Shown here: piece by piece, positions 54,116 to 64,000 of the stretch
Layout: each line of letters begins with the position of its first letter
Numbering within the stretch: the first letter of the stretch is position 1
Origin: Gammaproteobacteria bacterium
GTDB taxonomy: Bacteria; Pseudomonadota; Gammaproteobacteria; JAADGQ01
NCBI GenBank assembly: GCA_015490755.1
Contig: WFXF01000041.1
Span: 64,002 to 128,001, forward strand
Direction of reading: 5' to 3'
Length of the DNA stretch: 64,000 bases
The notes under the pieces: model-generated
The model's input: the letters and a program-made list of their open reading frames with translations, nothing else
Told to the model about the DNA's origin: nothing
The model's database searches: none
Program-made: the position numbers and the translations under genes

Positions 54116-54964
54116 TTAAAGTGACTTAAAGCGCATTGAAAGATCAATGGCGCGTATATCTTTGGTCAAGAGGCCAATCGAAATATAGTGAACTCCTGTT
54201 TCAGCGATACTGCGCAAAGTATCGATTGAGACGTTGCCAGATGCTTCTAGTTGGGCCTGGCCTTGATTGAGTGCAACCGCTTCATTGAGTTGTTCTATGG
54301 TGAAGTTGTCCAGAAGTAAAATGTCGGCCTCTGCATCAAGTGCCTGTTGCACTTCATCAAGATTTTCTACTTCAACTTCAATGGGCAGTTCAACGCCGGT
54401 TCTGCGTGCGGTATCGACGGCGGCGGCAATGGAACCACAGGCCATAATGTGATTTTCTTTAATCAATATGCCGTCATAAAGCCCCGTTCGGTGATTAAAA
54501 CAGTTGCCGCAGGTGACTGCATATTTTTGTGCAAGACGCAGGCCAGGGATAGTTTTGCGTGTGTCGAGCAATTTTACTGGCAGGTCACTGACAATATCAG
54601 CATATGTTTGAGCACAGGTTGCAGTTGCAGAGAGGGTTTGTAAAAAATTAAGTGCGGTTCGTTCACCGCTGAGCAGTTCACGAGCGGGGCCATAAAGTTG
54701 GCAAAGTACCTGGTCGGGCTCAACTTGGTCACCATCTTCCACTTGCCAATGAATCATGATGTTACCACTCAGCTGTTCGAAGGTATTGTTAAACCATGTT
54801 TTACCGCAGATGGTTGCGTATTCACGGCAGATTACAGTCGCTTCGCAACAGGTATCTACAGGGATCAGGGCGGCGGTGAGGTCGCCATCACCTAAATCTT
54901 CGGCTAAAGCCAGGCGAACGGTTTCCAGTGTACTGTTGTTTAACATAATACTGCTTACGATCAA
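54116..54964 (-). CDS. nadC: Nicotinate-nucleotide pyrophosphorylase (quinolinate phosphoribosyltransferase)
   Basis: 282 aa. Conserved NadC core (LLDTRKT.PGLR, GG..NHR.GL.D..LIK.NH). Confidence 0.85.
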   Translation of the reverse strand: MIVSSIMLNNSTLETVRLALAEDLGDGDLTAALIPVDTCCEATVICREYATICGKTWFNNTFEQLSGNIMIHWQVEDGDQVEPDQVLCQLYGPARELLSGERTALNFLQTLSATATCAQTYADIVSDLPVKLLDTRKTIPGLRLAQKYAVTCGNCFNHRTGLYDGILIKENHIMACGSIAAAVDTARRTGVELPIEVEVENLDEVQQALDAEADILLLDNFTIEQLNEAVALNQGQAQLEASGNVSIDTLRSIAETGVHYISIGLLTKDIRAIDLSMRFKSL

Positions 54965-55258
54965 TTGAAAAAACAGGTGTTTTATTTTATATGGTTTTTG
55001 ATTAGTATTGGGACTCTTTTTGAAGTTTTTTCAAATTCTTTAATCATAAAAAGTTTAATAAATTTTTTATGCATTGTGAAATTACCCGCAGTTTTTCTGA
55101 ATAACGTATTCAGGCATTCAAGTGTTGGCTTACGTTCGCCGATTTCAAGAAAGATTATTCAAATTACCAGGCCGTTGCACTGAAAATTGCCTTCGTCTTC
55201 AGGGAGAGAAGATTATTTGTTCATTGCGTAGGTTGTTTCAGCGATTATTTAAAAGAGG

Positions 55259-56575
55259 ATGATGTATATGATGAAACAAAAGGTTCCACTGATTATTATG
55301 GGTACCATCTTTTCTACGACTGCTTTAGCCGTTCCTTTCAGTGGTATGGATCCACGTTCAATGGCTATGGGAGGGACGGGTGTCGCTTCAGCAACAGGAG
55401 CAAATGCCGGTTATTTCAACCCTGCATTATTAGCAGATCCTCAAAAAAACGAAGATTTCAGGTTAATTTTTCCTTCGATAGGTATGGGGGTTGCTGATCC
55501 TGATGAGTTGCTGACAGAGCTGGAAGATTTCCAGGATGGTAATGTGATTGGTAATTTTAGTGATGCGATTGATGCTTATAATCGGATATTGAATTCTCCG
55601 GTTCCAACAACGGAGGCTGGAGTCAATCAGCTGAAAAATAATATTCAGAATAAGGCTGCAGATATTGTAAGCAGTGGTAATATACTTCTTCAAGAGTTGG
55701 TTGACCTTTCTGATAAAGCATTACAATTTACTTTGAATGGAAGTGCTGTAATGGCCATGCCGGATGAAAACCTGGGTTGGTCTGTTAATTTGGCGGGTTG
55801 GGCTTCTGGTGGAATGTTGCTGAATGTGGCGGCCAGTGACCAAAATGAAGTTCAGAGTATTTTAGATGCAGTTGAAGATGTTTCAAATGGAGTGATACCT
55901 AATGATATTTCTACTCTTTCAGGTCTCACCGATCCAACAAATACATTAGAGTCAGCACTGTTGGGTCGAGGTATTGCGGTGGCTGAAATTGGAGTATCAA
56001 TAGCACGTAAATTTGAGTTGGGAGGAATTGGTTTTTCTGCGGGAGTGACTCCGCGTTACCTGCGTGTAGATACCTTTGATTATGAGATTAATATTGATGA
56101 TGCTGAAAAAATTACTTATGACCAGGGGCTGGTATCTGATACTGCTGTGACTGCTGATTTGGGTATTGCCCGGGATTTTGGTAATGGCTGGCGAGCGGGC
56201 TTTGTTGCAAAGAATGTTATTTCACAAGAATTTGTAACTGCCAATAATTATATGATTGAGCTAAACCCGATGCTGCGAGCGGGGGTATCTCATCATACAG
56301 GGTGGAGCACCGTTGCATTAGACGTTGATTTAACGGAGAACGACCCGACTGGAATGGATTCGGCAACGCAGTACGTTGCGATTGGTGGTGAATTGAATGG
56401 TTGGGAGTGGGTGCAAATACGTGCAGGTTACCGAACTAATCTCAGCGAGAATGATCGTGATGTTTTTACCATAGGTGCAGGTATCTCACCATTTGGGGTT
56501 GTTCATCTTGACCTGGCTGTGGCAGGTAATGATAAGGAAGCAGCGGCATCTGCCCAACTAGGTTTGAGCTTTTAA
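55259..56575 (+). CDS. Outer-membrane beta-barrel protein, TraF_2 (PF13729)-like
   Basis: 438 aa. Signal peptide, then the MGG.GVA.A.G..A.YFNPALL motif typical of the TraF_2 family. C-terminal ...LGLSF with terminal Phe. Not in a conjugation-gene context. Confidence 0.5.
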   Translation: MMYMMKQKVPLIIMGTIFSTTALAVPFSGMDPRSMAMGGTGVASATGANAGYFNPALLADPQKNEDFRLIFPSIGMGVADPDELLTELEDFQDGNVIGNFSDAIDAYNRILNSPVPTTEAGVNQLKNNIQNKAADIVSSGNILLQELVDLSDKALQFTLNGSAVMAMPDENLGWSVNLAGWASGGMLLNVAASDQNEVQSILDAVEDVSNGVIPNDISTLSGLTDPTNTLESALLGRGIAVAEIGVSIARKFELGGIGFSAGVTPRYLRVDTFDYEINIDDAEKITYDQGLVSDTAVTADLGIARDFGNGWRAGFVAKNVISQEFVTANNYMIELNPMLRAGVSHHTGWSTVALDVDLTENDPTGMDSATQYVAIGGELNGWEWVQIRAGYRTNLSENDRDVFTIGAGISPFGVVHLDLAVAGNDKEAAASAQLGLSF

Positions 56576-56632
56576 AATTGTTGAAACTGTAGGGGTAACC
56601 TTTGTGGTTGCCCCTGCAAAAATGATCTTTGT

Positions 56633-57265
56633 TTAGCGAGTTCCAAAGACCACAATAGTTTTTCCTTTCGCTGAAATGAGCTCCTGCATTTCCATCTCTT
56701 TTAAAACACGGCCAACCATTTCACGTGAGCAACCGACGATTTTTCCGATTTCCTGACGGGTAATGCGAATCTGCATACCATCGGGATGCGTCATTGCATC
56801 GGGCTCTTTGGCAAGTTCGAGTAGAGCACGGGCGATACGTCCAGCGACATCCATAAAAGCCAGATCACTGACTTTGCGACTGGTGCTGCGCAAGCGAGAA
56901 GCCATTTGTGCTGCAATTTTGAAAGTGATTTTCGGGTCTTCTTTGGCGACATCGTAAAATTTTGAATAACTGATTTCAGCCACTTCACACTGAACACGTG
57001 TGCGTACCCAGGCGCTACGATTCTGTTCTTCACCAAAGAGTCCCATTTCACCAAAGAAATCACCGGCATTCAGGTAGGTTAAAACAATCTCACGCCCTTC
57101 ATCATCTTCAATGAAAACGGCGACAGAACCTTCTACGATATAATACAACACATCCGATTCATCACCCGCATAAATGATAATGCTTTTCTGGGGGTATCGT
57201 CTGCGATGACAATGGGAAAGAAAGTTCTCCAATGTTTCATCAGGTTTTTTTGTATACAGATCCAT
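56633..57265 (-). CDS. crp: cAMP receptor protein (CRP/Vfr)
   Basis: 210 aa. Near-colinear with E. coli CRP, including TLEWFLSHCH-like, GDFIGE-like and the DNA-recognition helix [20 protein letters not shown]. Confidence 0.92.
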   Translation of the reverse strand: MDLYTKKPDETLENFLSHCHRRRYPQKSIIIYAGDESDVLYYIVEGSVAVFIEDDEGREIVLTYLNAGDFFGEMGLFGEEQNRSAWVRTRVQCEVAEISYSKFYDVAKEDPKITFKIAAQMASRLRSTSRKVSDLAFMDVAGRIARALLELAKEPDAMTHPDGMQIRITRQEIGKIVGCSREMVGRVLKEMEMQELISAKGKTIVVFGTR

Positions 57266-57381
57266 TGAAAAATATCCTCATCCTTATCTTTAATTAAAGT
57301 AAATAGGTACTTTATATGAGAGTAACTTTGTATAATTGTTCAATATTAAAACGATTATACGAATTATATCGGGAGAAGTGT

Positions 57382-57798
57382 GTGAAAGTTTGCATTAAAT
57401 GGATAGAGAATGCCATGTTTGTGGGTGAGTCTGGCAGTGGGCATGCCGTAGTAATGGATGGCCCGCCTGACGGAGGAGGGCGCAATCTGGGTTTTCGGCC
57501 TATGGAGATGCTACTGCTGGGTTTAGGTGGATGTACCACTTATGATGTGATTCATATATTAAAAAAATCCCGACAATCGGTAACTGATTGCAAGGTAGAT
57601 ATTACAGCGGAGCGTGCTGATTCTGATCCCAAAGTATTTACCAAAATTCATGTGCATTTTATTGTATCGGGTATTGGGCTTAAGGAGGGTGTGGTCAAGC
57701 GTGCGGTGGATCTCTCTTCAGAAAAATATTGCTCGGCATCAATTATGCTGGGTAAATCAGTTGAAATGAGCCACGATTTCTGCATTGTATCGGAGTGA
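57382..57798 (+). CDS. yhfA: OsmC-family protein YhfA
   Basis: KVCIKWIENAMFVGESGSGHAVVMDG aligns with E. coli YhfA ARVKWVEGLTFLGESASGHQILMDG. Divergent from crp as in E. coli. Start set at the in-frame GTG at 57382 after GGGAGAAG, which gives a ~138-aa product. The track's longer N-terminus is unsupported. Confidence 0.75.
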   Translation: MKVCIKWIENAMFVGESGSGHAVVMDGPPDGGGRNLGFRPMEMLLLGLGGCTTYDVIHILKKSRQSVTDCKVDITAERADSDPKVFTKIHVHFIVSGIGLKEGVVKRAVDLSSEKYCSASIMLGKSVEMSHDFCIVSE

Positions 57799-57831
57799 GT
57801 TTTTTAAATTAAGTAGTAGGAACTGTTTTAG

Positions 57832-58632
57832 ATGGAAAAACCTATGAAATTAAAATTGCATGGATTTAATAATCTCACTAAAACTTTAAGTTTTAATATC
57901 TATGATATCTGTTATGCCAAAACGAAGGCGGAGCGCAGCCAGTATATTGGATATATCGATGAAGAGTATAATGCTGAGCGACTCACGGGTATTTTAAGCG
58001 AAGTGGCCAACATCATCGGAGCAACCATTCTTAATATTGCTCATCAAGATTACGAACCGCAGGGTGCGAGCGTCACGATGCTGGTTTCTGAGGAACCCAT
58101 TATTGCCGAAACATTATCTAATTCAGATGCGCCTGGGCCATTGCCAGAAACAGTGGTTGCACACCTCGATAAAAGCCATTTGACGGTGCATACCTACCCG
58201 GAGTATCACCCTGATAAAGGTGTTAGTACATTTCGGGTGGACATTGATGTGTCTACTTGTGGCCGTATTTCACCGCTAAAAGCTTTGAACTATCTGATTC
58301 ACAGCTTTGATTCAGATATTGTCACAATGGATTATCGAGTGCGTGGTTTCACTCGTGATGTATTTGGAGAGAAGCACTTTATTGATCATGAAATTAATTC
58401 AATTCAAAACTTTATTGCAGATGATACAAAAAAAATCTATGAAATGATCGATGTGAATATCTATCAGGAAAATATTTTTCACACTAAAATGATGTTGAAA
58501 AAATTTACTTTGGAAAATTATCTATTCAATAAAAATGATAAAAATATTTCCGGGAATGAAGCTCGTCAGATCACCAGACTATTAAGGCATGAAATGGCTG
58601 AAATCTTTTATGGTAGAAATATGAGGTACTGA
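57832..58632 (+). CDS. speD: S-adenosylmethionine decarboxylase proenzyme (class 1b)
   Basis: [70 protein letters not shown] is near-identical in pattern to E. coli SpeD. The start could instead be the internal Met at 57844. Confidence 0.9.
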   Translation: MEKPMKLKLHGFNNLTKTLSFNIYDICYAKTKAERSQYIGYIDEEYNAERLTGILSEVANIIGATILNIAHQDYEPQGASVTMLVSEEPIIAETLSNSDAPGPLPETVVAHLDKSHLTVHTYPEYHPDKGVSTFRVDIDVSTCGRISPLKALNYLIHSFDSDIVTMDYRVRGFTRDVFGEKHFIDHEINSIQNFIADDTKKIYEMIDVNIYQENIFHTKMMLKKFTLENYLFNKNDKNISGNEARQITRLLRHEMAEIFYGRNMRY

Positions 58633-58673
58633 TTTAAGCCGGCAGAGAGTAGTTCTCTGCCGGTTGGGCAGAT

Positions 58674-59249
58674 TTAAAAGTTAGAGGCAACGAAATCCCA
58701 ATTGACCAGGCCCCAGAACGCTTCAACATACTTGGGACGAGCGTTACGGTAGTCGATATAGTACGCATGTTCCCAAACATCACAAGTTAACAATGGCGTT
58801 TTATTATCTGTGAGTGGACAGCCCGCATTGCTGGTGTTCATGATCTCTAAAGAGCCGTCCTGATTCTTGACGAGCCATGTCCAGCCTGAGCCAAAGTTGG
58901 TCGTTGCGGATGTTGAAAAAGCCTCTTTGAATGCATCAAATGAACCGAATGTGCTATTCATTACATCAGCGAGTGTGCCTGCAGGTCTGCCTTGACTGTC
59001 AGGAGTTAACCCGTTCCAGTAGAATGTATGGTTCCAGGTCTGAGCAGCATTGTTAAAGAGTCCACCAGAAGATTTTTTGATGATCTCTTCCAAAGTAGCC
59101 TCTTCGAAGCTGGTTCCTTTGACCAGATTGTTTAAGTTAGTGACATAGGTGTTGTGATGTTTGCCGTAATGGTACTCTAAAGTTTCTTTTGAAATAGTCG
59201 GTGCAAGTGCATCCATTGCGTAAGGCAGCTCTGGTAATTTGTGATCCAT
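58674..59249 (-). CDS. sodB: Fe superoxide dismutase
   Basis: 191 aa. [31 protein letters not shown] and FNNAAQ.WNHTFYW align with E. coli SodB. Confidence 0.9.
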   Translation of the reverse strand: MDHKLPELPYAMDALAPTISKETLEYHYGKHHNTYVTNLNNLVKGTSFEEATLEEIIKKSSGGLFNNAAQTWNHTFYWNGLTPDSQGRPAGTLADVMNSTFGSFDAFKEAFSTSATTNFGSGWTWLVKNQDGSLEIMNTSNAGCPLTDNKTPLLTCDVWEHAYYIDYRNARPKYVEAFWGLVNWDFVASNF

Positions 59250-59324
59250 TTGAAAAACCCTTTGAATTTTTGGTAAGGAAATTAGACATCAATCTTCATC
59301 AGGCGTTCCCAAGGAACTTGATTT

Positions 59325-60902
59325 TTACTCTTGAGAGCGCAATACAGCGACATATTGACTGTTTTTTGGGGCTGAGATCGTTATTTTTTCGCCACCATAA
59401 ACAGTCACATCAGATCGGTTCCACTGATTATTACGTACGTCCAGCCAATCTATCTGAAAGGTCTCTGGGCTCTTTCTCAGGTCAAGTTGTACTGTTGCAT
59501 CATCACGGCCGGTGAAATAGATGGCATACTCTCGTTCTGGGTTTTCCAGCAGGTAGGCTTCATTGCTGGAGCGCTGTGATAGCCTGGCGTTGTTGGGAAC
59601 CATATCAAATAAATTGACACCATCAGCGAACATGCGGACGCTCTTGATCTGTTTCTGACCTTCAGGAGTGAGCCCAAATCCATGGTTTTTGGCTGAGCTG
59701 CTGGGTGGGGTCGGGCGGTGAAAGCGTACGGCTGCTGCACCACCAAATACCAGACGCCACATTTTGTCTTCATCATCATACCGCCCTTTGGCTTCAGCCT
59801 CTTTGGATGATCGGTAAATTTTTACTGCATTGATCGGCTTTTTTCTGTTTTTAAGCTGTTCGCGAGCATAGATGATCTCATTGTATTGAGTTTGTCCACC
59901 CAGCTGGTTTACCTGAGAGATCTCAAAAAAATCAGTATTAGACTGTAGTGCTTCCTGCTGCTGAGGCTGAGTCATGTAATATTTGTCAGCCATATCCGTC
60001 ACATAGATTGTTTTACCTTGAGATTTAGCATAATCAGAGGCAAAAGTAACCCAATAGTTGGCCCATTCAATAGGAATAATCCACTGACGTTCATTCTGTA
60101 CGTTATAGAGTACATTATCGTATTTTAGTGTGCTGTCGAGAACACGACGAATGAATTTTTCCTGATAGCCTCGAACCATCGCATTGTCGTTAGACATACC
60201 AGGAATTGTGTAATGAAAGCCAATATTTTTCCACTCTTTTTCCCAAGTGGCAATCGTGGTGTTGGTGGTGGGGATACCACTCTCTTCTGCACTGTAGTTT
60301 ATGTTGTTTTTTGGGTTCCAGGAAAGTTTGTCATAACGAAAATAGAAATTACCCAATTTTCCACTCAGGTTACCGTCAATGAAATCAAATGCTTCCCAAA
60401 ATGTAAGTTGGACTATTATGTCACGTTTTCTTGCTTCGGTAAGTAACCTTTCAAGGCGTTGAAAGTATTCCGGGTTGAATATGTTGAGGTCGTACCCTTT
60501 TTCGGTTTTGGCGTGGGGCATCACATCATTTTGATCCAGGCCAGAGAGATTATTGTGAGCGTGGTTTAATACATTGCGTATATAATTGCCGCCAGAGCTC
60601 TGTAATAGATCAAGGTGTGCTACCATCTCGTCGATGGGCCATTGAAAGAGTCCATCATCATTTTCACCACCAATGAGCAGTATGGGCTGAGCCTGGTATT
60701 CCCAATAGTAAGGTTTATTGATACTGGGCTGGATCAATTTTTTGCTACTGGGTTGCTTTTGTATCGATTCAGATAGTGCTGTTTCAGGTAGATCTTCCAG
60801 CGTTGTGCTGTCATTTTTGCCACCACAAGCCACCAGAATGAGTATGAAAAGCAAAGAGATGGTGATCAGTCGAAACCACGAAAGGATTTTTATAATAATC
60901 AT
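59325..60902 (-). CDS. Lipoprotein, putative glycoside hydrolase (TIM-barrel, GH5/DUF4038-like); function uncertain
   Basis: 525 aa. Lipobox LVACGG. Central region with NYIRN...FNPEYFQRLERLLTEARKRDIIVQLTFWE is reminiscent of GH5-type barrels. Function not verified. Confidence 0.4.
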   Translation of the reverse strand: MIIIKILSWFRLITISLLFILILVACGGKNDSTTLEDLPETALSESIQKQPSSKKLIQPSINKPYYWEYQAQPILLIGGENDDGLFQWPIDEMVAHLDLLQSSGGNYIRNVLNHAHNNLSGLDQNDVMPHAKTEKGYDLNIFNPEYFQRLERLLTEARKRDIIVQLTFWEAFDFIDGNLSGKLGNFYFRYDKLSWNPKNNINYSAEESGIPTTNTTIATWEKEWKNIGFHYTIPGMSNDNAMVRGYQEKFIRRVLDSTLKYDNVLYNVQNERQWIIPIEWANYWVTFASDYAKSQGKTIYVTDMADKYYMTQPQQQEALQSNTDFFEISQVNQLGGQTQYNEIIYAREQLKNRKKPINAVKIYRSSKEAEAKGRYDDEDKMWRLVFGGAAAVRFHRPTPPSSSAKNHGFGLTPEGQKQIKSVRMFADGVNLFDMVPNNARLSQRSSNEAYLLENPEREYAIYFTGRDDATVQLDLRKSPETFQIDWLDVRNNQWNRSDVTVYGGEKITISAPKNSQYVAVLRSQE

Positions 60903-61027
60903 GTTACTGAACTTTAGTCATTTTTTGAGTGGATGCTATAATCGCTTTTGTATCAAAAAATTACTGTGTGTTGGCTGACAATGTGTACGTGAATTGTGTC
61001 ACAAAGTATTCGATTTCAATACTGTTC

Positions 61028-62593
61028 TTATGGATAAAAACTCTCTTTGGATATATTTGAGGTATTTGTTACGGGAGCCTTTTTAATCTTTTTTATAGCG
61101 CGTCTTATAGTGATATCATCAGGAGCGTCACCTTTACCATAGCTCGATTTTTGTACCGCACGGATAACATCTCTGATTTCAGTATCAATTTCATGATGTT
61201 GTTCCCATTGGTTGAGTCCTTGCTCCAATGTCTGGCTGTTCAAGGCATCAAGAAGTAATGCTTTGGGAGACGAAGAGCTAGTTGGTTTTGGGTGAACGTT
61301 TTGATGGATTGTCTTTTTTGTATGGGTGAATCGTTCTCGTTGCCAAAGTATTAAAATGATGATGCACAGCAGGGCAAATATAAAAGTCAGCCATTGCCAA
61401 ACCGATGGTGAGCTGAAGGAGAGTGGTTCTTCGTGGGACTCAGCCGGTACAGTGGTTATTTGTGGAGCTGCTGTTGATGATGGGGCGATTTTTATTGTTG
61501 ATCCTTTTAATACAGTTTTTTCAACGTGGCCGGTCTCCGGGTTAAAAAAAGGGACCTCTATCGGTGGTAATGTGATCGTTCCTGCTGTTATTGGTATCAA
61601 TGAAAAATGATAAGTAACCGTATGACTGAGTGTTTCAGGCGTTTTATTTGCTATTGTGACTGGAGCATCACGATAGATTTTGAGCTTTGGTGTGCTTGAA
61701 AGTGTTCCGAGTATTTGAGGGAGTGCGTTTGCTTGAGCGGGGCTACTCAGTTCCACTTTCCAGGAAGAAAGTTGACCCACCGAAGGTGTATTGTTCAGCT
61801 CAGTTTGAGCAAGCATGACTGAGCCGACAATCATGTTTTTGGGAACAGAAGCTGGAAGTGGTTTTACTTCTATCACTTGTTTTTGCACTGGAAAACGTTG
61901 CTTGCGCCCATCTTTGGTCACAATCCAGAGATCGGGCAGATAGAGAACTTGCTGGCCGCTTTGTGACGGATAAACAGCCCATGAGAGCCGTGTAATATTG
62001 TAGTCAAACCCCTTGCTGTTTTCCCGACGTTCAGATTGAGGCAGGTTGATCGTATCTGAAATAAAAGGTTCAGTATCCAGCTTTCCGCCGAGTTTGGCTT
62101 CGCTGAGTTCGGTGCGATGATAAAGGTCGATGTATGTCGTGAGTTGTTGATTGATCCAGACAGATGAATGAGAGAGTCCGCTTTTTATAAATACTTCAGG
62201 GGCAGGGTTTTGATTTTCAATAACATTGATAATGATCTCTTCAGTTTTTAAGCCATCAATTAAAAAAGGTGGAATGGTAAGTTTTCCCGGTTGTTTAGGA
62301 AAAAGTTCGACACTGATGCTGGATGTTGATCGTCCATGATTGCGATAAATATTGAAGCGGTTTTCAGCGCGTGGTGTGCCCAAGTCAAATAATTGGGTGA
62401 GAAGTGATAAATCAATATTAGGTGAAATTCCTTGCGCGCGCAGGCGTGTATCACTATTTTTTAATGTCAGTTTGAGCGTCAGGTGCTCTTCGGTAGTGAT
62501 CTGGTAACGGTCCACTTCGGCAATGAATGTTGCAGAGAGCGTAACATGACTTGATAGAAGTAAAACCAGAAAAGTGAGCGCTCTGATTACCAT
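61028..62593 (-). CDS. batD: BatD-family protein (aerotolerance operon component, DUF11-like, C-terminal TM)
   Basis: 521 aa. Signal peptide, long beta-rich extracytoplasmic region, one TM near the C-terminus, then a basic tail. It lies downstream of, and overlaps, a vWA-TPR gene as in Bat operons. Confidence 0.55.
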   Translation of the reverse strand: MVIRALTFLVLLLSSHVTLSATFIAEVDRYQITTEEHLTLKLTLKNSDTRLRAQGISPNIDLSLLTQLFDLGTPRAENRFNIYRNHGRSTSSISVELFPKQPGKLTIPPFLIDGLKTEEIIINVIENQNPAPEVFIKSGLSHSSVWINQQLTTYIDLYHRTELSEAKLGGKLDTEPFISDTINLPQSERRENSKGFDYNITRLSWAVYPSQSGQQVLYLPDLWIVTKDGRKQRFPVQKQVIEVKPLPASVPKNMIVGSVMLAQTELNNTPSVGQLSSWKVELSSPAQANALPQILGTLSSTPKLKIYRDAPVTIANKTPETLSHTVTYHFSLIPITAGTITLPPIEVPFFNPETGHVEKTVLKGSTIKIAPSSTAAPQITTVPAESHEEPLSFSSPSVWQWLTFIFALLCIIILILWQRERFTHTKKTIHQNVHPKPTSSSSPKALLLDALNSQTLEQGLNQWEQHHEIDTEIRDVIRAVQKSSYGKGDAPDDITIRRAIKKIKKAPVTNTSNISKESFYP

Positions 62594-64000
62594 GGATCTT
62601 CCTTGGACGTGGTCATGCTTTGTCGATCATGTTCCTGAAACTGATATTTAAGCAGTGGGTTTGGGGGGGTATTGAGTGCTTTCATCTGTTGCTCTGCTTT
62701 AACAACTCTCTCTTTTTGGGTCATCTCTTCTTTTCCAGCCAGTGTTGGATCAATCGACCCTGTTTCAGCGGGCCTGTTTTGTGATAAAGACTTAATCTTT
62801 TGGTTTGAGTTGCCTGACGATGGTAATAGTGTTTTGATCAAATTCAAATTTAATATGGCCTCTTTATAGTTCTTTTTCCAGTGCAATGCTCTTTGATAAG
62901 CGATTTGTGCTTTCTCAAACTGGTGCAGCCTGGTTAAGGCGTTAGCTTCGTTGAATGATGTATGTGCACGTTGATCATTTGTCTCAGCCAATTTAAATGC
63001 TTGCTGATAAGCATAGATCGATTCTTGCCACTTTTGTTGTCGATAATAGGCAGCACCGAGCCCCATATAGCCGTTATAAGTGAGAAGAGTCTGGTAGAGT
63101 TTTATGGCTTGTGGGTAATGACCACTTTTGAGTGCATTATGTGCTTGTTGTTCCTGCCACACATTAGCATGGCTCGGATCAGGAGTTGCTAACAACAGAG
63201 GCAATAGAGTCAAAAGTAAGATTGAGTTGTGGCGGTACATTCTTTGATATAAAAATAGTAATAAGCTGATTGAAAGCAGCCATGGAAAAAGCTCGACTTT
63301 ATTGTTTGTCACCTGGATGGGGTAGTGATTTGTTTCTGTTTGTTGGCGCAGCAGCTTTATAATTGTTTCCCAATCACTATCATCATTTTTTAATGATATA
63401 TAATTTTCAGCTCTTGTTATTGATGAGAGCTTTTCGGATTGTAAGCGGGAGATGACAAGTTTTTGGTTTTGACGAATAAAATATCCTGACTGACTCGGGA
63501 TGGGGCCACCGTCTGGAGTACCCATTCCAATAATAAACAGAGGACTTTTTAGATTGTTTTTCCCCACTTCAAGTACCGTTTCATTATGAATTTCACCATC
63601 ACTAAGCAAGATGATAGCGCGTCCGTTTTTATTGCCCTGGTTAAGCAGTTTTTCAGCCTCAATCAATGCTTGCCCCAGATTGGAACCTCTTTTTGTCACA
63701 AGCGAAGGTTCCAGTGCATTGACAAAATAAAGAAAGGTATTGTAATCAAAGGTGAGTGGCAATACGGGATAGGCATTTGCTGAAAAAGCGACCAGTGCAA
63801 TGCGGTCACCCTTGAGCTTTTGAATAAAATCACCCAATTCCAGCTTGCTTCGTGCAAGTCGATTTGGGGGGATGTCTGTGACTTGCATCGAGGGTGAAAT
63901 ATCAATAATCACTGCAATATCGACCCCTGTGCGTGTGGAGGTCTCTTGGTCGGTAATAATGAATGGCCCAGCTAATGCGGTGATGCCTAAACTCCAGGCA
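62587..64000 (-). CDS. BatB/BatC-like fusion: vWA domain (MIDAS DISPSM) + TM + TPR repeats; 5' end beyond window
   Basis: Minus-strand frame stays open to the window edge (...GVDIAVIIDISPSM...) with no start codon. vWA, a central TM segment (WLLSISLLLFLY), then TPR repeats (YMGLGAAYYRQQKWQESIYAYQQAF...). Confidence 0.6.
   Translation of the reverse strand, partial: AWSLGITALAGPFIITDQETSTRTGVDIAVIIDISPSMQVTDIPPNRLARSKLELGDFIQKLKGDRIALVAFSANAYPVLPLTFDYNTFLYFVNALEPSLVTKRGSNLGQALIEAEKLLNQGNKNGRAIILLSDGEIHNETVLEVGKNNLKSPLFIIGMGTPDGGPIPSQSGYFIRQNQKLVISRLQSEKLSSITRAENYISLKNDDSDWETIIKLLRQQTETNHYPIQVTNNKVELFPWLLSISLLLFLYQRMYRHNSILLLTLLPLLLATPDPSHANVWQEQQAHNALKSGHYPQAIKLYQTLLTYNGYMGLGAAYYRQQKWQESIYAYQQAFKLAETNDQRAHTSFNEANALTRLHQFEKAQIAYQRALHWKKNYKEAILNLNLIKTLLPSSGNSNQKIKSLSQNRPAETGSIDPTLAGKEEMTQKERVVKAEQQMKALNTPPNPLLKYQFQEHDRQSMTTSKEDPW

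Overview
A 64-kb chromosomal segment of a moderately AT-rich gammaproteobacterium, mostly conserved housekeeping genes with several small accessory insertions. The organism is not identifiable from sequence alone; the crp-yhfA, rnr-rlmB and gltX-tRNA-Ala syntenies and the phoBR, speD and sodB genes resemble E. coli. Layout, 5' to 3': (1) an intact dcw cell-wall/division cluster ftsI-murE-murF-mraY-murD-ftsW-murG-murC-murB-ddl-ftsQ-ftsA-ftsZ-lpxC with many 4-bp overlapping junctions, then a divergent DUF721 gene, secA and argJ. (2) An unusual single ORF that fuses a YhcB/ZapG-like membrane-anchored coiled-coil N-terminus to a C-terminal truncated-haemoglobin-like (2/2 globin) domain that appears to lack the proximal His segment. 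(3) folA-thyA and a large SWIM-zinc-finger/SNF2 helicase tightly followed by a signal-peptide protein. (4) A small accessory patch with a 150-bp MITE-like repeat (30-bp terminal inverted repeats) and an orphan FliL-like gene, then srkA, phoR-phoB, rimO, glgA and a gnd(short)-zwf-pgi block. (5) An AT-rich glycosyltransferase/Wzy-like patch abutting tRNA-Leu(CAG). (6) rnr-rlmB-gltX followed by a tRNA-Ala(GGC)-tRNA-Glu(UUC) operon with a near-consensus promoter and a perfect terminator. (7) Immediately 3' of tRNA-Glu, a ~3-kb GC-rich islet bounded by direct repeats of the tRNA 3' end; it carries an AbiEi/AbiEii type IV toxin-antitoxin pair with a perfect 16-bp inverted-repeat operator, plus recombinase/transposase remnants. 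(8) A mazEF-like TA cassette bracketed by two further copies of the same MITE, one carrying a nested 127-bp insertion with an 8-bp duplication. (9) slt-like, proS, nadC, a TraF_2-like outer-membrane protein, crp-yhfA, speD, sodB, a lipoprotein, batD and a fused batB/C gene that runs off the window. No rRNA, CRISPR array or prophage structural genes were seen. Every similarity call rests on motif recognition from memory, not on database searches.
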